A stretch of 64,000 bases of DNA. Source: a virus (Duplodnaviria; Caudoviricetes). Positions 46,372-55,419 of this stretch are shown here, in pieces; position 1 is the stretch's first letter; each line of letters begins with the position of its first letter. A program made the translations under genes and the position numbers. The notes under the pieces are model-generated. The model made no database searches and was not told the DNA's origin. It saw only the letters and a program-made list of their open reading frames with translations. The stretch is from the IMG/VR virus record IMGVR_UViG_3300025098_005131; one strand, written 5' to 3'.

Positions 46372-46898
46372 AGTGTAAATTCTCTCTCAAATTCTTTTAT
46401 TTCAACATCAAAAAAAACTTTATCATCACTCTTTATTAAATCATAATCGTTAAATGCAGGAGAGTCTGATGCATTTGTCTCAAATGATCTTTTTGTCTTT
46501 GCATCCGGATTTCTTTTAATAATAGTATTATCTTCAGGCTTTGATTTTTTACTTTTGTCTTTTAACTGTTCACTAGATTTCTTTCTAGCTTTTTCTTTCT
46601 TAACAAACTTTTCTTCTTCGTCACTTTCGTAAATAGGACTTTTTGACTGACTCATAGTTAAATCTTCTAAAGGCTCACCTGAAGAAAGTAGTCTGACATA
46701 TATAATGCCTTCTTTTTCTACTACACCTGCAATTGTATACATAAAGCCGGCTTTGTCTTTTACTTTTAACCCTTTTGCGTTTGCAATTAAATCGTTGTCA
46801 TTGTTATCTTTTACTTCAATTTCTCTTAAGTAGTGATTTATACGAGTATCATATTCCTCACGTAAAAGCCTAATCATTTTTTTCTCGTTAAGACTCAT
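46368..46898 (-). CDS. hypothetical protein with LLRE leader
   Basis: MSLNEKKMIRLLREE. Confidence 0.65.
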   Translation of the reverse strand: MSLNEKKMIRLLREEYDTRINHYLREIEVKDNNDNDLIANAKGLKVKDKAGFMYTIAGVVEKEGIIYVRLLSSGEPLEDLTMSQSKSPIYESDEEEKFVKKEKARKKSSEQLKDKSKKSKPEDNTIIKRNPDAKTKRSFETNASDSPAFNDYDLIKSDDKVFFDVEIKEFEREFTL

Positions 46899-46912
46899 TT
46901 TGATTCCTTACT

Positions 46913-49900
46913 TTATTTATATATATTCCAAAGTCTACGCCACTCTTTCTCCAGACTCGAAGAATTAACGCTGTCTTTCTTATTATATACTCTTTTAACC
47001 ACGCTTAAATCTTCTTTGTTACTACTCTCAAACAATAAATTAGTTAAACTACCTAGTATGTAGTCACTACTACTTTTATTTGATTTGTTTTCTAACTTTA
47101 GATTTTCTTCATTGTCCATCAAATCTTTAAACAACGCTTTCTTTACAGAATTACTATCTTCATCTAAAAATTTTCGTAAAAAATTTTTAACTTCTTTTTT
47201 GTAATCTTTTATTTTATTAGATTTAGGATAATAAATGTAATAATCGACGTTTTCCTCACTGCCAGTTTGAATTTTTTGCTTAAATTTGAATAAATTCAAG
47301 GTTCCATCAGATATTTGAGTTTTGCTGAACGACTCAAAATTCACCGGGGCGCCAAATGGTCCCGAGCTGATTGAAGCACATGTGAATTTATTTTCATGAA
47401 CAAATCCTACTATAAACGCAGTGTTTTCTTTTTTATACACGACTGGTAATAACAAATTTTTATCAAGTTTATTACCGTCTAAAAATTTTACCAAATTCTT
47501 CCGGAAGTCAATATTGCTACTGATTTCCTTTCTGGACACGCAAGTATTATCTGTATAAAAGTCCTGAAGCACAGATACTTCAACTTTTAAACTAGACAAC
47601 TTGCTGTTTGAAGATGATGATTTTGATTTATCTTTAGAAGGCTGTAATATATTGCCATCATCATCTTCTGTTCCATCTTGTGGTTCTTGTCCTGATTTAT
47701 CTTTATAAGCCTGTGATTCTGGCTCATCTGCGTCTATAAAACTAGCATTTAAGTTTGAAAAATCAAAACTGATGTTTTCAACGTCTAAATTACTAAACGA
47801 ATTTCCTATATCTTCAGGTGTAAGAGGAATATCATGTTGCACGGTAGTTTGATTAAACTCTTCCACGAGTTGTTGACCAGCATTATCTCCGAGTGAATCT
47901 TTTGCAGCTTCTAATCTATTAGAAACTGCAGTTTGTAAAGTAACTGCTTTTACTTCAGCTTTACTTGTAGCTTGCTTTACATTTTCAATTGTTGCGTTGT
48001 AGTAATATGAAAGTAATAAATTTAGACTTTCGATAAACTCGTTTTTAACTGCTGATATGTCTGCTGGAGAACTGGCGTATTTAGAATCATACATTAAGAC
48101 TTTATTTCTTGTTAGTATATCTTCAAAGTCTTTTCTTTTAATCTCTTTTTTCTTTATTTCTTTCTTTCTGCTCTTTTTGCCGATTACATCAAAATCTTTA
48201 AGCTCAAATAAAAGCTCTGTCAAAGATCTTTCGTGAACATAGATACCTTCAACAATTTTCGCATCTTTTAGAGCTTCGATTATTGAAGAGTCTAATCCTT
48301 TTAGATGCTTCTTAGCTTCCGCATCAATTTTTTTTGTTAAATCAGATTTATTTACTTCATCTTTCTGCACAGGACCAAGTCCTACAGTGCTATGACCAAT
48401 TAAAGCGCCAACAGGCATACCAAGAATACCTGCAGTAGCAAGTGCTACAGCACCTAAACCACCAGTTGCAATAGCGCCTAGAACACCAACAGTTAAAGGA
48501 ATGGCAGCACCAACCCCAAACCTAAAGCCTTCCTTTCGAACTTGTTCTTTCTTGGCATCAAGCATTTCTTTTTCGTACTTCTCTTGAGCTTCACGACGCT
48601 TCTCGTTATATGCTTTTTCATCTTCTGCTTCGAGAAGCTTTCTACTTATGCTCTTACATAATTCTTCTAACTGCGAATCTTTTGCTTCTTCTTCACTAGG
48701 TTCTACTCCGTAAAATAACTCACACTGGTCTTTATATTCTTGACAACCATTAATTATTTCTTGAACTTTTTCTTCATCACCTTGAAAGAGATCATTTAAA
48801 ACTTCTTTCATAATTTCTTCAATTGGAGTTGGTTCTTGATTAAGATTAGATCTTAAAACATAGAAAATCAAGCTTTTAAATTCTCTTTCTTTTACATGCC
48901 TCTGAAAGTTTTCAAACAAGCTGTCAATAAGCTTACCATCAAAGTCAAACATAGGAGAAAAAGAAAAATACTTTAAAATCGTAGCCAACTCATCAACGTC
49001 TTTTCCTTGTAGTAATTTTGCAAAGAAATCTTCGTAACTTTTTTCTTCTTCTCTTATCTTTCTTGCAACAAAATTTAAAATAGGCTTATTCTTTAAAACA
49101 AGATTTCTCTGCGTGCTTGAACTTCCTATATTCACTGTTTTTAATACTTTATTAAATCTTTGACAAGTTTCGTTTACTCTTTTCTTAAACTCATCCAGAC
49201 TCTCAATATAAGTACTTTGGTCTTCATCACTACCAGCAGATTCTGTTGCAGCGGCTGTAATTGCTGCTTCTAGCGACTTAGGCACTTTGTTGTTAAATAT
49301 GTCTGTATATAATTGATCAGGCTCAAGATCTTTTTCTAACTTAATCTTTAGTTCTTGAAGATCTGAAGTAATAATAGAGTTAAACGACTTAAGCAAAGCA
49401 TCGTCTACAGGCTTAGCATCGTTATCACCATACAACAGTTTTTTTATAGTTTCACTCGAATTAGTGTCATCTTTTTGTAGTGCTTCTTTTTGTTTATCAC
49501 TACCGCTAGCGTACAAGTTTCTAGCAAGGACTATATTTGGTTCTTCAGATTGTTCTTGTCTATTTACGATTAAAGATAGACTTCTTTCAAGTTCTCTAGC
49601 TGCGTTTTCTAATCTACCTTTAAAGTCTGTCGGGCTTGGTGGTTTAGTTGGCGGTTTAGACTCAGGTTGTACTACCTGTTCTTCTTCTGGCTGCACTTGG
49701 TCATCTTGAGAAGCACTTTCATCTGATGGCTCGTTATCTTCGAGATTCTCGCCGCTTAAGTTTTCAATAGCAGCTTCCGAAGCTTTATGTGAAGCTTTTA
49801 TTACCTGCGCAAATTCATACGCTAGTTGCTCATTATAGATACCCCAGAACTTTTGAGTTTCAATATGTTTACATATTCTAGCAAGTCTTTGTTCGCTTTT

Positions 49901-51526
49901 AGCCACGTTATTTGTAAGCCCAGAAGTACCGAAATAAGCCATTGTGCTGGCAAGTAAAGTGAGTGGCACTGCATAATTATTTACATAATTTAATACAACC
50001 TGTAGGTCTTCTTTTAATAACACTTTATTAAAATCGTTATATGTTTTACTTTCAAGTTTTAATGTTTGTTTTTTAGCAAGACAGTAAACAACTAGATTTG
50101 CAAAGCCGGCTTCGAAATTGTTGTCAACCTCATCAAGTTTATCAGGATTACTTCCCCTAGTGATAAATCTTTTTACATCATATGATTGAAAATCTACTTT
50201 TTTCACTTTATTGTAAAGAAATCGCCATTTGGAAAGTAAATCTTTTATCGTACTACTATCAAAAACTTTTTTAATGTCTTCTTTATTTTTTTTAATAAAT
50301 TCTTCGCCTTCAAAAGATTCAGCAATACTTTGAATTCTTAGGATAGTTTTATTTTTTTTGTTATCCTTATCCAGCCTATCAGCCTCGAAGCTATAATTTT
50401 TTATAATAGCAAATATCGTCTCATCATTTGAAGGCATTTCCATTTGATCAAGAGTGCTTTTATAAAACAAAGATTTTAATTGCTTGTCATTTCTTATTTT
50501 TTCTACTACAGTTGACCAATATAACTTATTGCTAGAATCTCCACCCTTCTTACTTAAATGCTCAATAACTTCCTGTAGACTCATTAAATCTTCATAATGG
50601 CTTTTAAACGCAATATAGTCGTTACCACTACTTTCAGCAAGAAGGGATTTTATTCCTTGTTTATACACCAAAGAATTGTTTTCAAAGAGTCCTGCATTTA
50701 ATTCTTCTTGTGATTGGCGTTCTGCAGGAGAATCGCCTTTTTCTTCTTCGTCTCTAACTATATTTTGCATTGTACTCCTATACGTGGTTTGAAGTTTTTG
50801 AACTAAGGCGGGCAAAGTTTTCTGGTTTTTAAATGCTTGTTGCACAAACTTTAAGATTTCGCTATCTATTGGCACAACAGGCAACTCTAAGTTTTCTACA
50901 TTCGCAGCAAACTTACTCTCTTCTCCGTTAATTATATGATTTTCTAGCAAACCCGGAAATAGTTCTTCATATACTGGAACGTTTTTTTCTTCTATTTTTG
51001 CATAATAAGCAGGTGCAAGAAACGCATAACCAAAAGAACCTTTTCTATTATTTTCTCCTGATAACACTTCACCTTCTTTTGTCATTACAAGAAAAGGAAT
51101 AATTTGCGTGCTTTTTATAAGCTCTAAATCTATTCCTGTAAATCCTTTTACTTGTTCCTTACCAGTTTTCATTTGCGCAACATCAAACACCACTGGGCCT
51201 AACCTTGAGACATTTGTTGTTGATATTGCTATTCGCATCAAATCTTGTTTAGAAAAAGCACCAAGAGGATCGCTTATTATAGGCTCGACTTGCTTTTGAA
51301 TCTTGTCTTTTTCTTCTTGCGAGTCAACGCTTTTTATTTCGTCAATTACTTTTTTGACTAATTTAGCATCAGGTAGTTTACTAAAAATTTTACCAGACAC
51401 AGTTTTTTTTAGCGAATTTAAAAACGCTTGATTGACTGTGAAATCTTCTGATGCAGTCTCTGGTAGCGGTTGATTGTTTTTAAGGGTAGCATCCTCAAAC
51501 AATAATTCAGCAATACTTAGAGTCAT
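46913..51526 (-). CDS. 1537 aa probable virion polyprotein with Gly-rich membrane hairpin
   Basis: repeated LLFE/LLAE/LLKE sites; FGVGAAIPLTVGVLGAIATGGLGAVALATAGILGMPVGALIG. Confidence 0.7.
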   Translation of the reverse strand: MTLSIAELLFEDATLKNNQPLPETASEDFTVNQAFLNSLKKTVSGKIFSKLPDAKLVKKVIDEIKSVDSQEEKDKIQKQVEPIISDPLGAFSKQDLMRIAISTTNVSRLGPVVFDVAQMKTGKEQVKGFTGIDLELIKSTQIIPFLVMTKEGEVLSGENNRKGSFGYAFLAPAYYAKIEEKNVPVYEELFPGLLENHIINGEESKFAANVENLELPVVPIDSEILKFVQQAFKNQKTLPALVQKLQTTYRSTMQNIVRDEEEKGDSPAERQSQEELNAGLFENNSLVYKQGIKSLLAESSGNDYIAFKSHYEDLMSLQEVIEHLSKKGGDSSNKLYWSTVVEKIRNDKQLKSLFYKSTLDQMEMPSNDETIFAIIKNYSFEADRLDKDNKKNKTILRIQSIAESFEGEEFIKKNKEDIKKVFDSSTIKDLLSKWRFLYNKVKKVDFQSYDVKRFITRGSNPDKLDEVDNNFEAGFANLVVYCLAKKQTLKLESKTYNDFNKVLLKEDLQVVLNYVNNYAVPLTLLASTMAYFGTSGLTNNVAKSEQRLARICKHIETQKFWGIYNEQLAYEFAQVIKASHKASEAAIENLSGENLEDNEPSDESASQDDQVQPEEEQVVQPESKPPTKPPSPTDFKGRLENAARELERSLSLIVNRQEQSEEPNIVLARNLYASGSDKQKEALQKDDTNSSETIKKLLYGDNDAKPVDDALLKSFNSIITSDLQELKIKLEKDLEPDQLYTDIFNNKVPKSLEAAITAAATESAGSDEDQSTYIESLDEFKKRVNETCQRFNKVLKTVNIGSSSTQRNLVLKNKPILNFVARKIREEEKSYEDFFAKLLQGKDVDELATILKYFSFSPMFDFDGKLIDSLFENFQRHVKEREFKSLIFYVLRSNLNQEPTPIEEIMKEVLNDLFQGDEEKVQEIINGCQEYKDQCELFYGVEPSEEEAKDSQLEELCKSISRKLLEAEDEKAYNEKRREAQEKYEKEMLDAKKEQVRKEGFRFGVGAAIPLTVGVLGAIATGGLGAVALATAGILGMPVGALIGHSTVGLGPVQKDEVNKSDLTKKIDAEAKKHLKGLDSSIIEALKDAKIVEGIYVHERSLTELLFELKDFDVIGKKSRKKEIKKKEIKRKDFEDILTRNKVLMYDSKYASSPADISAVKNEFIESLNLLLSYYYNATIENVKQATSKAEVKAVTLQTAVSNRLEAAKDSLGDNAGQQLVEEFNQTTVQHDIPLTPEDIGNSFSNLDVENISFDFSNLNASFIDADEPESQAYKDKSGQEPQDGTEDDDGNILQPSKDKSKSSSSNSKLSSLKVEVSVLQDFYTDNTCVSRKEISSNIDFRKNLVKFLDGNKLDKNLLLPVVYKKENTAFIVGFVHENKFTCASISSGPFGAPVNFESFSKTQISDGTLNLFKFKQKIQTGSEENVDYYIYYPKSNKIKDYKKEVKNFLRKFLDEDSNSVKKALFKDLMDNEENLKLENKSNKSSSDYILGSLTNLLFESSNKEDLSVVKRVYNKKDSVNSSSLEKEWRRLWNIYK

Positions 51527-51551
51527 TATACACCTTACATTATTAGTTTTA

Positions 51552-51971
51552 TTAGTCTAAATATGACCTTACTTTTAAATTTGCTTCTTTAAGAATATTT
51601 ACTCCACCTAGATCTCTATAAGGTTTTAAGTAAATGACTTCTTCTATTTTGCTATTTACTATAGCTTTCGCACAATATTCACACGGGCTAAGAGTTAAAT
51701 ACATTTTTTTTGTCTTCGGGTTGTTGTAGTCCAATTTTAACAGTGCGTTAATTTCAGCATGCAGCAAACCACTACAACCAGGTTCTTCAGATTGAGGTGC
51801 GTTTGACATACCAGCAGCATTACCATTATACCCTAAAGAAAGCACTTGTGTATTATCTGACGTCACTATAAGTGCCCCTACCTTAAATGTGGAATGATGG
51901 CTTCGTTGTGCTATTGTTTCTGCCATTTGCATCCAAATTTTATCCCAAGATGGCCTATTTATATTTACCAT
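51552..51971 (-). CDS. dCMP deaminase
   Basis: KVGALIV, GYNG, HAEINA, SPCEYC. Confidence 0.92.
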   Translation of the reverse strand: MVNINRPSWDKIWMQMAETIAQRSHHSTFKVGALIVTSDNTQVLSLGYNGNAAGMSNAPQSEEPGCSGLLHAEINALLKLDYNNPKTKKMYLTLSPCEYCAKAIVNSKIEEVIYLKPYRDLGGVNILKEANLKVRSYLD

Positions 51972-51990
51972 TAAATTGCTCCGAGGTAAA

Positions 51991-52566
51991 ATGTCTATTT
52001 TATTATTAGAAGATTATATAAAAAATATTTTAAAAGAAAACAAAGAATTTATTAAAACTATAAATGTTTTTGACTTTGATATGACTTTGTTTAAATCGCT
52101 AACAGCACCTAATCGTTGGAATACAAAAGAGTCAGGATTTTGGTGGAATTCAGAGGAATCTTTAAATCAAGCATATCATAAGGACAACTTAAACAGTTTG
52201 TGGATAGAAAACACAGTTAATTCTGTAAAGCTGTCTATGAGTGATCCAGCATCACTAACAGTATTATGCACAGCAAGAAGCAAGACACCAGAAATTATGT
52301 ATGTTACAAATAATTTACTTCGATTAAAAGTTTTGCTTTTTGACGACAATTGTCTTTTCTATAAACCTTTAGGCATAAAAATGTCAACTGCACAGTATAA
52401 AACTGACGTCATAGTCAGACTTCTCAACGCTTATAGTTATGCAAACGAAGTTAATTTCTGGGAAGACAATATAGAAAACCTACAGCATGCTAAAAGTTTT
52501 ATTGATCAAAACAATAAACATAATAGCAGAAAAATTCAATTTAATTCACATGTTGTAATTGCTTAG
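51991..52566 (+). CDS. HAD-family phosphatase, Swiss-Army-Knife RNA-repair-like (true start 51991)
   Basis: VFDFDMTLF (DxD), LCTAR, YKT, FWEDN; leader MSILLLEDYIKNILKE. Confidence 0.75.
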   Translation: MSILLLEDYIKNILKENKEFIKTINVFDFDMTLFKSLTAPNRWNTKESGFWWNSEESLNQAYHKDNLNSLWIENTVNSVKLSMSDPASLTVLCTARSKTPEIMYVTNNLLRLKVLLFDDNCLFYKPLGIKMSTAQYKTDVIVRLLNAYSYANEVNFWEDNIENLQHAKSFIDQNNKHNSRKIQFNSHVVIA

Positions 52567-53427
52567 TTCTTTCTTCCAAGATGCTATTTTCTTTTCTAGT
52601 TTAAGACTTTTGTTTTCTTTTGATGCTTCCTTTAAAGTTATTCTATTCCAAGGAAATATTTTTCCTGTATTTGATCCAGAAGAAATTGTATCAATACCTT
52701 TTACAGAATATAAGTAGACTTTACTGTCCTTAATTTCTGTGCCTCTTTTAAAATAAAGACACTTTGGCGGTCGACCTAAACTAGACATTTCTTCGTCTTT
52801 TATTAATAACTCACTGCTACTCCACGGTATTGCAAACTTAATTGCGTCTTCTTTGTACGGTGTAACATAAGAATATTTATTTAAGCTATCAAATCTTTTA
52901 CTACTGCCATGATAAAATATTCTTTTTCTAGTCTCAGGTATGTAACAGTCTGGTTTTACTTTAAAAGGAACAAAGACCTGTATGTCTTTTTTAGATCTGC
53001 CTTCTATATTAAGATCTTTAATTTCTGTATGCCAAAGCTTATAGACATCAGCGAAACCTTGTATTCCTTTAGAAAATACTTGCTCGCCGTTTACATTAAT
53101 TAAAAACAAGCACTTTTCTATTTCGCTAGGCAGCATTTTAAAATAGTAAGTGTATTCATCTCGCTGAAGTATCTGGTCTGGTCTTGATGTGTTAGTTGCA
53201 TTAAACAACGAAGCCCTTAAAAAAGAAGTATCTCTCCCGTGATCAGGAAAATATTTTCTTAATTCATTCTCTGCCTCTTTTAGTCTTTCTCCTCCAGGTA
53301 TTTTTGAATACCTTTGCGGTCGTAAGACTCTCTTGTATTTTTTATCATGCAAAGTAAACCAAATATCAGAAGTTAAAAACTTTGTGCCTAAATCTTTTAT
53401 TTCAAAAGGAACATTTATCTTTTTCAA
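52546..53427 (-). CDS. protein with C-terminal ADP-ribosyltransferase-like motif
   Basis: FYHGSS...YSYVTPYKEDAIKFA...KVYLYSV. Confidence 0.5.
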   Translation of the reverse strand: MKKINVPFEIKDLGTKFLTSDIWFTLHDKKYKRVLRPQRYSKIPGGERLKEAENELRKYFPDHGRDTSFLRASLFNATNTSRPDQILQRDEYTYYFKMLPSEIEKCLFLINVNGEQVFSKGIQGFADVYKLWHTEIKDLNIEGRSKKDIQVFVPFKVKPDCYIPETRKRIFYHGSSKRFDSLNKYSYVTPYKEDAIKFAIPWSSSELLIKDEEMSSLGRPPKCLYFKRGTEIKDSKVYLYSVKGIDTISSGSNTGKIFPWNRITLKEASKENKSLKLEKKIASWKKELSNYNM

Positions 53428-53429
53428 TT

Positions 53430-53996
53430 TTATTTCTCTTTAAATGTAGTGTAATGTTTTGAACATCTTGGCTCATACATTCCAAACGAACCAACACGCT
53501 CTTCAGCAGTTGCATTATTTATATCGAACATTGCCTCAGTAAAGTAAGCATCTTGATCGCACATGGTGCAAACAGCCGGACAAATTTCAATTTTTGTTGC
53601 CCAAGGCATCATGTTTTTTATATTTTGAAAAGGTATTTCGTTTGCGTCTAATTGAATTGATGACACAATTATATTAACACCTTTACGATACAAAGAAATC
53701 AAAACAGAGTCAATATCCTGAATCATAAAAGCTTCATCAACCGCTACTATTGTATTTGAATTATGCATATCTTCATTTACATAACGCAATATTTCTTCTG
53801 CATGATTTATACAGAATGCTGGGTAAGTTGCACCGGTATGGGTGCTAATCGTTTCTTTTGTATAACGCTTATCTTTATTTGCTTTAAAAGCTACAACTTG
53901 ACGACCTTTATATAAGGCTCTATCAATATCAGACATTAGTCTTGTTGTTTTTGATCCAAACATTGGGCCAGTATAAATTATAAATTGTGGGTTCAT
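53430..53996 (-). CDS. tdk: thymidine kinase (TK1 type)
   Basis: YTGPMFGSKTT, STHTG, VDEAF, CTMC, YEPRC. Confidence 0.92.
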   Translation of the reverse strand: MNPQFIIYTGPMFGSKTTRLMSDIDRALYKGRQVVAFKANKDKRYTKETISTHTGATYPAFCINHAEEILRYVNEDMHNSNTIVAVDEAFMIQDIDSVLISLYRKGVNIIVSSIQLDANEIPFQNIKNMMPWATKIEICPAVCTMCDQDAYFTEAMFDINNATAEERVGSFGMYEPRCSKHYTTFKEK

Positions 53997-54005
53997 GAAA
54001 TTTCT

Positions 54006-54896
54006 CTAAGGTATTATGTGTGCCGATCGAATACTAACTGTAAGATTTATAGCACAATCTTCAGGTAAAGACATTTCTTTGGCGGTTTTAACGCTAAGTA
54101 TCTTAAGAAATTCATAGTCAGCCCATAAAGTTTTTGATACGTTTGAAGACCTTAGAGTAGCCGATACATTTAATTTATTTTGACGCCACAAAACATGAAT
54201 TATTGAAATGCAACTATCATCAGTGTATACAAATCTCCTACTATCATGTTTTTGGGCTTGATTATACTCGTTTAGACCTGTAAACTCTCTAAATATTTTA
54301 TTGAAAAACTCAAACTCAATTTTTTCATAGTACTCTTTTTCTTGAGGAAAGTCTAGCACAGTTAAATCCAATTGGTTTTTATCAACTACTTCTTTACATT
54401 GAACATCAACAAGCTCGTTTCTTCCGCTGTTAAGCACTAAAGACTTTATTAATTCTTGCCCTGGCATTTCGTTTAAAGAATTAATGAACTGTAGTAATTT
54501 GTTAATGTTTCTATCTAAGTCATCTTCTTCAAGAACTAAAACATTAGGATAAGAACCAAAACCCATTTTAGCAATATTTCTAAAATAGCTTCTTACTTTT
54601 AAAATACTGTCCTTATCTTGAAACTCGTCACCTCTTTTTTCCAGTCTGTCAAGAATAGTTGATTCAGAAGGTAGAAGTAATATGTAAAGTGTGTCTAGTC
54701 GTTTAAGATCGTCTAAAATTTTATCAAACCAAAGTGATGCATCTTCTCTTTCATACATCTTTGCATAAACAAACATAGACATACAACTTCTGTCTTGAAT
54801 ATTATACTTAAAGTTAGTTTTTTTATGAAGTTGATTGTATAGTGTAGTTTTACCACTACAATCAGGACCTTCAATATTAATATTAAAAAATCGCAT
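54006..54896 (-). CDS. dNMP/thymidylate kinase-like domain fused to thymidylate-synthase-like domain
   Basis: EGPDCSGKTT, QDRS, LEKRGDE; C-half DSRR...C...LRSSNV...LWAD...SAH. Confidence 0.8.
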   Translation of the reverse strand: MRFFNINIEGPDCSGKTTLYNQLHKKTNFKYNIQDRSCMSMFVYAKMYEREDASLWFDKILDDLKRLDTLYILLLPSESTILDRLEKRGDEFQDKDSILKVRSYFRNIAKMGFGSYPNVLVLEEDDLDRNINKLLQFINSLNEMPGQELIKSLVLNSGRNELVDVQCKEVVDKNQLDLTVLDFPQEKEYYEKIEFEFFNKIFREFTGLNEYNQAQKHDSRRFVYTDDSCISIIHVLWRQNKLNVSATLRSSNVSKTLWADYEFLKILSVKTAKEMSLPEDCAINLTVSIRSAHIIP

Positions 54897-54944
54897 TTAA
54901 AACCTTTTTTATTTTATATTATAATTACAAACAATAAATTTTAT

Positions 54945-54987
54945 CATATTTAAAAATATATTTAAAAACATATTTAAAAACATATTT
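54945..54987. repeat. 12-bp tandem repeat (3.5 copies) upstream of 55003
   Basis: catatttaaaaa tatatttaaaaa catatttaaaaa catattt, then AGGAG RBS. Confidence 0.75.
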
Positions 54988-55002
54988 CAGGAGAAAATAA
55001 AT

Positions 55003-55419
55003 ATGAAAATTACAGAAAGACGTTTACGTTCAATTATTAGAAGTGTTATTAGAGAGTCACGTGCTGACAAGATGTTAGATTATCACGTAGGTCATGGTGA
55101 TCATCCAGACTATGATCCTGCAGTAGGTCAAGATCGTTCTGAGACGTTGTTTGATATAAGCGGCGATCGCCCTACTGAGCCTTATTCTCCTCCTATGAAA
55201 GTATCAAAACAACTTATGGATTCTGCAAGAGCAAACTCATATCTTCAAAAGTATAGTCCATTAAAATCAAGAATACAAGGAAGTGTAAGTTGTAAACGTT
55301 CTAGCGAGCGTTTTCCTGATGGCTGGAGCTGTAGTGTTAAACTGTCTGAAGACGGGCGCATTGTGCCTGTAATTATTCACATGAGCTACGACGGTGACAT
55401 AGAAGTACAATACATGTAA
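55003..55419 (+). CDS. hypothetical protein with MKITERRLRSIIRSVIRE leader
   Basis: leader shared with 2005..2361; AGGAG RBS. Confidence 0.7.
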   Translation: MKITERRLRSIIRSVIRESRADKMLDYHVGHGDHPDYDPAVGQDRSETLFDISGDRPTEPYSPPMKVSKQLMDSARANSYLQKYSPLKSRIQGSVSCKRSSERFPDGWSCSVKLSEDGRIVPVIIHMSYDGDIEVQYM

